Below are positions 61,907 to 64,000 of a stretch of 64,000 nucleotides of DNA, one piece after another. Source of the DNA: Acidimicrobiia bacterium (GTDB lineage Bacteria > Actinomycetota > Acidimicrobiia > IMCC26256 > PALSA-610); contig JBBQER010000003.1 in NCBI GenBank assembly GCA_038320885.1, forward strand, positions 11,794 to 75,793. Direction: 5' to 3'. The notes beneath the pieces are model-generated. The model was not told the DNA's origin, ran no database searches, and saw nothing but the letters and a program-made list of their open reading frames with translations. The translations under genes and the position numbers were made by a program. How positions within the stretch are numbered: the first letter of the stretch is position 1; each line of letters begins with the position of its first letter.

Positions 61907-62647
61907 GTGACCACACGCGCTTCGGGGCGGGGCCCCGTCGACCTTCGACTGCTCACGTTCACCCGGGACTTCACGGAGATGGCGACGGGCTCCGTGCTCG
62001 TCGAGTTCGGCCGCACGCGTGTGCTCTGCACCGCGTCGCTCGAGAGCCGGGTGCCGCCGTGGCTCAAGAACTCGGGCAAGGGCTGGGTAACCGCCGAGTA
62101 TTCGATGCTGCCCGGATCGTCGCCCGAGCGCGTCACGCGCGAAGCGTCGAAGGGAAAGCAGAGTGGGCGCACGCAGGAGATCCAGCGCCTGATCGGACGT
62201 TCGCTGCGCGCCGTTACCGACCTGCGCGCCATGCCCGACGTGCAGATCACGGTCGACTGCGATGTGCTCCAAGCCGACGGCGGGACGCGCACCGCGTCGA
62301 TCTGCGGCGGCTGGATCGCGTTGCACGACGCGTGCAGCCGGCTCGTCGCGAGTCGGGTGCTCACGCGTCATCCCGTTTCGCAGCCGTGCGCGGCGATCTC
62401 CGTTGGCGTCATCGACGGAACGCCGATGCTCGATCTCGAGTACTCCGAAGATGTGCGCGCCGAGGTCGATATGAACGTCGTGATGACGGGTGACGGGCGG
62501 TTCGTCGAGGTGCAGGGAACTGCCGAAGGCGTGGCGTTCACCCGCGCCGAGCTCGACGCGCTGTTGGGCCTGGCCGAAGCGGGCATCACGGAGATCGTCG
62601 CGGCCCAGCTCGAGATGGTCGCGGAGGCGCCCGCGCTGCGGCCCTGA
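61907..62647 (+). CDS. rph: ribonuclease PH
   Basis: [17 protein letters not shown]...[11 protein letters not shown]...[16 protein letters not shown]. Confidence 0.95.
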   Translation: MTTRASGRGPVDLRLLTFTRDFTEMATGSVLVEFGRTRVLCTASLESRVPPWLKNSGKGWVTAEYSMLPGSSPERVTREASKGKQSGRTQEIQRLIGRSLRAVTDLRAMPDVQITVDCDVLQADGGTRTASICGGWIALHDACSRLVASRVLTRHPVSQPCAAISVGVIDGTPMLDLEYSEDVRAEVDMNVVMTGDGRFVEVQGTAEGVAFTRAELDALLGLAEAGITEIVAAQLEMVAEAPALRP

Positions 62648-63354
62648 TGGGCCGCGGTCCGGACCAGCCGTTGCCGCTGCCCCTCCTGCTGGCGACCCGC
62701 AACGTCGACAAGGCGCGCGAGATCATCGAAGTCCTCGTCGACCACAGCGGCCTCCCGATCGTTGCGTACGCGATCGACGTGCGCGACACGACGATCGGCT
62801 TCCTGCTCGAGCGTCCCGAAGCAGTCGCCGCCTCGGCCGCGGCGCTCCCGGCGCTCGATGTCGAGCCCGACGTGGAGGAGATCGGAACTACGCTCGACGA
62901 AAACGCACGGATAAAGGCGACCGCCCTCGCGAGCGCGTTCGGCCTGCCCGCGATCGCAGACGACACCGGACTCGAGGTCGACGCGATCGACGGGGCGCCG
63001 GGCGTGTACGCGGCGCGTTACGCAGGACCCGACGCTACGTACGCCGACAACGTGACCAAGCTGCTCCGTGAGCTCGAGGGTGTGTACCCCGCGTTGCGCA
63101 CCGCGCGGTTCGCGACAATCGCCGTTACCTGCTGGCCCGACGGGACCGAAGTCGCGGCGCGCGGCGAGGTAGAAGGCCTGATCGCGGCCACGCCGTCGGG
63201 CGACAACGGCTTCGGCTACGACCCGGTGTTCGTGCCGACCGAAGGCGACGGCCGCACGTTTGCGCAGATGACCGCCGCGGAGAAACATGCCGTCTCACAC
63301 CGCGGGCGCGCGTTCGCGGCCCTGGCCGAGACGCTCACCACCGTTACGAGGTAA
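62647..63354 (+). CDS. rdgB: non-canonical purine NTP pyrophosphatase (RdgB/HAM1 family)
   Basis: ATG overlaps the rph stop. LLLATRNVDKAREI, ADDTGLEVDA..GAPGVYAARYAG, GFGYDPVF, SHRGRA. Confidence 0.85.
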   Translation: MGRGPDQPLPLPLLLATRNVDKAREIIEVLVDHSGLPIVAYAIDVRDTTIGFLLERPEAVAASAAALPALDVEPDVEEIGTTLDENARIKATALASAFGLPAIADDTGLEVDAIDGAPGVYAARYAGPDATYADNVTKLLRELEGVYPALRTARFATIAVTCWPDGTEVAARGEVEGLIAATPSGDNGFGYDPVFVPTEGDGRTFAQMTAAEKHAVSHRGRAFAALAETLTTVTR

Positions 63355-63357
63355 TGC

Positions 63358-64000
63358 ATGCCACTGCACCCCGCGGCCGAGAGCATGGTGAAGCTGCTCG
63401 CCGATTCCGGCCTCGGCTACTCCGCCGACAGCACGCCCGCGAGCATGCGCGCGGCGATGGAGCGCGCGATCGTCGGGATGCCCGTGCACGACGTGCACGC
63501 GGTCGAAGACCGCGAGATACCCGGGCCGGCGGGATCGATCCCCGTGCGCGTGTACCGGCCCAACGCCGACGCGTCGCTGCCGGTCCTCGTGTGGTTCCAC
63601 GGCGGGGGTTGGGTCACCGGGTCACTCGCCACGCACGACAACCTCTGCCGGCTCCTCTGCGACGATGCGGGCGTGATCGTCGTGTCCGTCGACTATCGAC
63701 TCGCGCCCGAGACGAAGTTCCCGGGAGCAGCCGACGACTGCGTCGCGGCCTGGGTGTGGGTCAACGACTTCGCGTCCGAGCTCGGCGGCGACCGGCAGAA
63801 TGTCGCGCTCGGCGGCGACAGCGCCGGCGGCAACCTCGCCGCGGTCGTCGCACTCGTCGCCCGGGAGCAGGGCCTCCCGGTTCCGGCGCTCCAGCTGCTC
63901 GTGTACCCGGTCACCGATCACGAGTTCGACAGCGTTTCGATGGTCCACAACGCCGAGGGCTACTTCCTCCGAACCGCAGCCATGCGCTGGTTCTTCGATC
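63358..64000 (+). CDS. alpha/beta hydrolase, HSL-family esterase/lipase; 3' end runs off the window
   Basis: Not in the track because no stop lies in the window. Oxyanion motif VWFHGGGW and nucleophile GGDSAGGNLA, read in frame from the ATG at 63358. Confidence 0.85.
   Translation, partial: MPLHPAAESMVKLLADSGLGYSADSTPASMRAAMERAIVGMPVHDVHAVEDREIPGPAGSIPVRVYRPNADASLPVLVWFHGGGWVTGSLATHDNLCRLLCDDAGVIVVSVDYRLAPETKFPGAADDCVAAWVWVNDFASELGGDRQNVALGGDSAGGNLAAVVALVAREQGLPVPALQLLVYPVTDHEFDSVSMVHNAEGYFLRTAAMRWFFD

Overview
High-GC (about 65-70% by eye) Actinomycetota-type chromosomal segment; most long antisense ORFs in the track are GC-driven shadow ORFs. 

**Left part (1-24.1 kb):** PotABCD-like ABC importer, DinB-like, SRPBCC, GNAT and oxidoreductase genes, a carotenoid-oxygenase family gene, a minus-strand tmRNA (19741-20093, tag ANNNSMALAA), NDH-2, thioredoxin and an MMPL transporter. 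Many of these genes have a TAnnnT hexamer 6-8 nt before the start codon, which suggests leaderless mRNAs. 

**Centre (24.1-48.4 kb):** a rearranged accessory island for cell-envelope decoration that looks lower in GC3.
- Headline: a Dlt-like acylation operon on the minus strand, in the order carrier protein, FkbH-type HAD-IIIC loader, MBOAT, an uncalled 40-aa DltX-like peptide ending FVYQGF, a DltD/SGNH-like protein, and a methyltransferase. The FkbH-type loader sits where DltA would be. This implies export of a glycerate-derived or other non-D-Ala acyl group onto an extracytoplasmic polymer. I know of no characterised example.
- Around it are an Arn-like module (DegT aminotransferase, ArnC-like GT2, two paralogous GT-C-like membrane proteins), a sulfotransferase, four SAM methyltransferases (one inactivated by a roughly 280-bp deletion) and two paralogous AT3-SGNH O-acyltransferases.
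- Rearrangement scars include a decayed tandem dltD-dltX duplication, IS3 and IS481 remnants, and a displaced xenolog-like 3' fragment of smpB fused to a copy of the Dlt-like operon's promoter and leader.
- Intact smpB lies at 42335-42796, about 22 kb from ssrA.

**Right part (48.4-64 kb):** core genes with mycobacterium-like synteny: BKACE, nitronate monooxygenase, zwf, an orphan CoxL-like subunit, mec, cysO-cysM, sua5, murI, an MBL hydrolase, rph, rdgB and an esterase. The mec/cysO-cysM unit is split by an ECF sigma factor and a duplicated BNR-propeller membrane protein. 

No CRISPR array, tRNA, rRNA or integrase was seen.
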